DNA of 64,000 nt from an uncultured Clostridia bacterium. Its GTDB lineage: Bacteria > Bacillota > Clostridia > Christensenellales > UBA1242. Below the pieces are notes generated by a model that searched no databases, had not been told where the DNA came from, and saw only the letters and a program-made list of their open reading frames with translations. Positions within the stretch are counted from its first letter, which is position 1; each line of letters opens with the position of its first letter. Positions 62,342 to 64,000 of the stretch are shown here, piece after piece. The translations under genes were made by a program, and so were the position numbers. The DNA lies in contig CALWTF010000005.1 in NCBI GenBank assembly GCA_944384415.1, positions 12,890 through 76,889 of the forward strand, written 5' to 3'.

Positions 62342-63370
62342 TTATTTTTTATCTAAAACCATTTTTAAACTATCAACTTTATTATTGTAGTGTAATGTGT
62401 CATTTCTAAAGTTTCTTCTTACAGTATCTAATGATTTTTGAACGGAATTTTCAAACGAAATTAATAATTTTGTTTCATTATTAACTGAACAACTAGAGGT
62501 TTTTTTAGCACTTTGTTTTGTTTTATCTGATTCTTTTCTTTTTGATTGTGGTTTTAATAATGTTTTGAATTCTTTTATTTCATCAAATACTAAGTTTGAA
62601 TCTTTTCTCATTTTTTCATATGCAATGTTATATTGTGTCATAAATGATTTAGTTTCTGTTTGAAATTTAATAAAACTACCATCACATTCTGCTAATTTTT
62701 GTTGTATATTTGATTGTAAAGTTTTGTGAAAAGTTTTACAAACTTCTTCATCATTTTTTACTTGTTCTATAAGTTGTTCTAATTTAACAAATTTTATATC
62801 TGTAATTTTTTTGTTATATAATTCTTTGCATATATCACATTTTGCCAATGCTTTTTCGGTATCATCAGTTAGTGAGGTTATAATTTTTTCAAGGTGAAGC
62901 TTTATATTTTGAACATCAACTTCTTTTGGCATTTTTTCACCATTTTCATTTTTACTTTTTTCTAAATTTTCAACAAAACTTTTGTAGTTAGGGAAATTTT
63001 CGAAAAATGAGTTTGAATCATCTACAATATTATTGAATAAAGACATAACTTTATAGTCGCCAAAATCTTTATTTAAAACTTCAAAATATTCTTCTAACTC
63101 ATTTTTTTGTTTTAATATATCTTTTATTTCTTTTGTAAGAATTTCATCATATTTTTTTGCATCTGATTTAAAATCATCTTGTTTGGTATTTATAAAATCT
63201 ATAAATTCATCTGTTTTTTTGTTGCAAGAAGCTAAAGCATAAGCATAATCTTGTACAAAATTATCAATTCTATCTATTAATTTATCTAATGAAACTACTT
63301 TGTTAAAAACTTTAAAAGCAGCTACCGAACCTTTAACTTGATTTTGTTTTTCTTTTATATCATCTTTCAT
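62342..63370 (-). CDS. Hypothetical K/E/D-rich helical protein (342 aa)
   Basis: ORF with RBS GAGGAG and its own promoter. Composition suggests long helices or a coiled coil. No family recognised. Confidence 0.55.
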   Translation of the reverse strand: MKDDIKEKQNQVKGSVAAFKVFNKVVSLDKLIDRIDNFVQDYAYALASCNKKTDEFIDFINTKQDDFKSDAKKYDEILTKEIKDILKQKNELEEYFEVLNKDFGDYKVMSLFNNIVDDSNSFFENFPNYKSFVENLEKSKNENGEKMPKEVDVQNIKLHLEKIITSLTDDTEKALAKCDICKELYNKKITDIKFVKLEQLIEQVKNDEEVCKTFHKTLQSNIQQKLAECDGSFIKFQTETKSFMTQYNIAYEKMRKDSNLVFDEIKEFKTLLKPQSKRKESDKTKQSAKKTSSCSVNNETKLLISFENSVQKSLDTVRRNFRNDTLHYNNKVDSLKMVLDKK

Positions 63371-63398
63371 ATTTTTATCTCCTCAAATTAGCATATTT

Positions 63399-63427
63399 AG
63401 TATAATACAAAGTTTTGGTTTTGTCAA
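63399..63427 (-). promoter_or_regulatory. Candidate sigma-A-type promoter for the 342-aa gene
   Basis: On the minus strand: TTGACA (63427-63422), 17-nt spacer, TATACT (63404-63399). Confidence 0.5.
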
Positions 63428-63475
63428 TATTCATATTTTTCGCAAGTAACTAAATAATTTATTAAATTTTGATTT

Positions 63476-63515
63476 AATTAAAAAAGGTGGTTATCTTGAT
63501 AGGATAACCAACCTG
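63476..63515 (-). terminator. Terminator after prfA
   Basis: aggtggttatc-ttgatag-gataaccaacct (one bulge), flanked by an A-run on the plus strand, which is a T-run on the minus strand. Confidence 0.65.
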
Positions 63516-63563
63516 TTTTAATTTTTATATATAATTAATAAAAATAAGATTTAACATTTTTTA

Positions 63564-64000
63564 TTATAAATTATTTGTTTGACCTAGTTTAATTTCTTGG
63601 TCTGCTTTGTGTAAAGCGTCAAGCATTTCGTCTATTTCTCCAAGCATAAAATCATTTATATTGTGTAATGAAAAACTTATTCTGTGGTCTGTAACTCTTC
63701 CTTGTGGGAAATTGTAAGTTCTAATTCTTTCATTTCTGTTTCCAGTTCCAACTTGTAATTTTCTTTCTTGAGCGTGCTCTGCAATTGCTTTTTCTTCTGC
63801 CATATTTTGTAGTTTTGATGCTAATATTTTCATTGCTTTTTCACGGTTTTTAATTTGACTGCGTTCATCTTGGCAGGTTACAACTACACCACTTGGTAAA
63901 TGGGTTATTCTAATTGCACTGTCAGTTGTATTTACGCCTTGACCACCACAACCAGCGCTTCTAAAAGTATCTATTCTTAAATCTTTTTCAGAAATTTGAA
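63564..64000 (-). CDS. prfA: Peptide chain release factor 1 (N-terminal part lies beyond the window edge)
   Basis: The minus-strand frame is open to the window end and reads ...[47 protein letters not shown]...[17 protein letters not shown]. It has the GGQ motif, and [11 protein letters not shown] is RF1-type rather than RF2-type. Confidence 0.93.
   Translation of the reverse strand, partial: QISEKDLRIDTFRSAGCGGQGVNTTDSAIRITHLPSGVVVTCQDERSQIKNREKAMKILASKLQNMAEEKAIAEHAQERKLQVGTGNRNERIRTYNFPQGRVTDHRISFSLHNINDFMLGEIDEMLDALHKADQEIKLGQTNNL

Noticed and set aside
1-64000. Alternative genetic code (TGA=Trp, as in Mollicutes-like low-GC lineages)
   Set aside because: ORFs of 6.9 kb and 14.2 kb, and all conserved genes, are intact under the standard code. 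Every W in the standard-code (TGG-only) translations falls in a plausible position, and no gene requires TGA read-through.

Overview
This 64-kb window comes from a very AT-rich, endospore-forming Firmicutes (Bacillota) chromosome using the standard genetic code. All domain and family names below come from reading motifs in the ORF translations by eye; no database search was possible. Most of the window is conserved housekeeping and sporulation backbone: typA, the rplU-prp-rpmA operon, ogg, an NMT1/SsuA-type ABC importer, pgsA, spoIIGA-sigE with a convergent sigG, a Spo0A-like regulator, aspS, an ABC-F ATPase, cysS, acpP, spoIIID, rpoB-rpoC and prfA. There are also two tRNAs, Leu-CAG and Arg-CCU. 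The outstanding feature is a 21-kb two-gene operon at 18476-39609, just downstream of tRNA-Arg. It encodes a 2,286-aa lipoprotein (Big_2-like domain, about 17 FN3-like modules, C-terminal GLUG-type region) and a 4,746-aa protein with one N-terminal membrane anchor. The larger protein is built from dozens of strongly diverged FN3-like modules and ends in about 770 aa that I cannot assign. A separately promoted 781-aa AAA+ (AAA_5/MoxR-like) ATPase follows, carrying an unusual N-terminal domain of unknown function. Secondary points are a Spo0A homologue whose receiver domain lacks the acidic pocket and the conserved Lys, a mutually exclusive hairpin/terminator arrangement in a 250-nt rpoB leader, an inverted sigG, and several orphan proteins. 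I saw no CRISPR array, rRNA, transposase, integrase or nucleotide-level repeat family.
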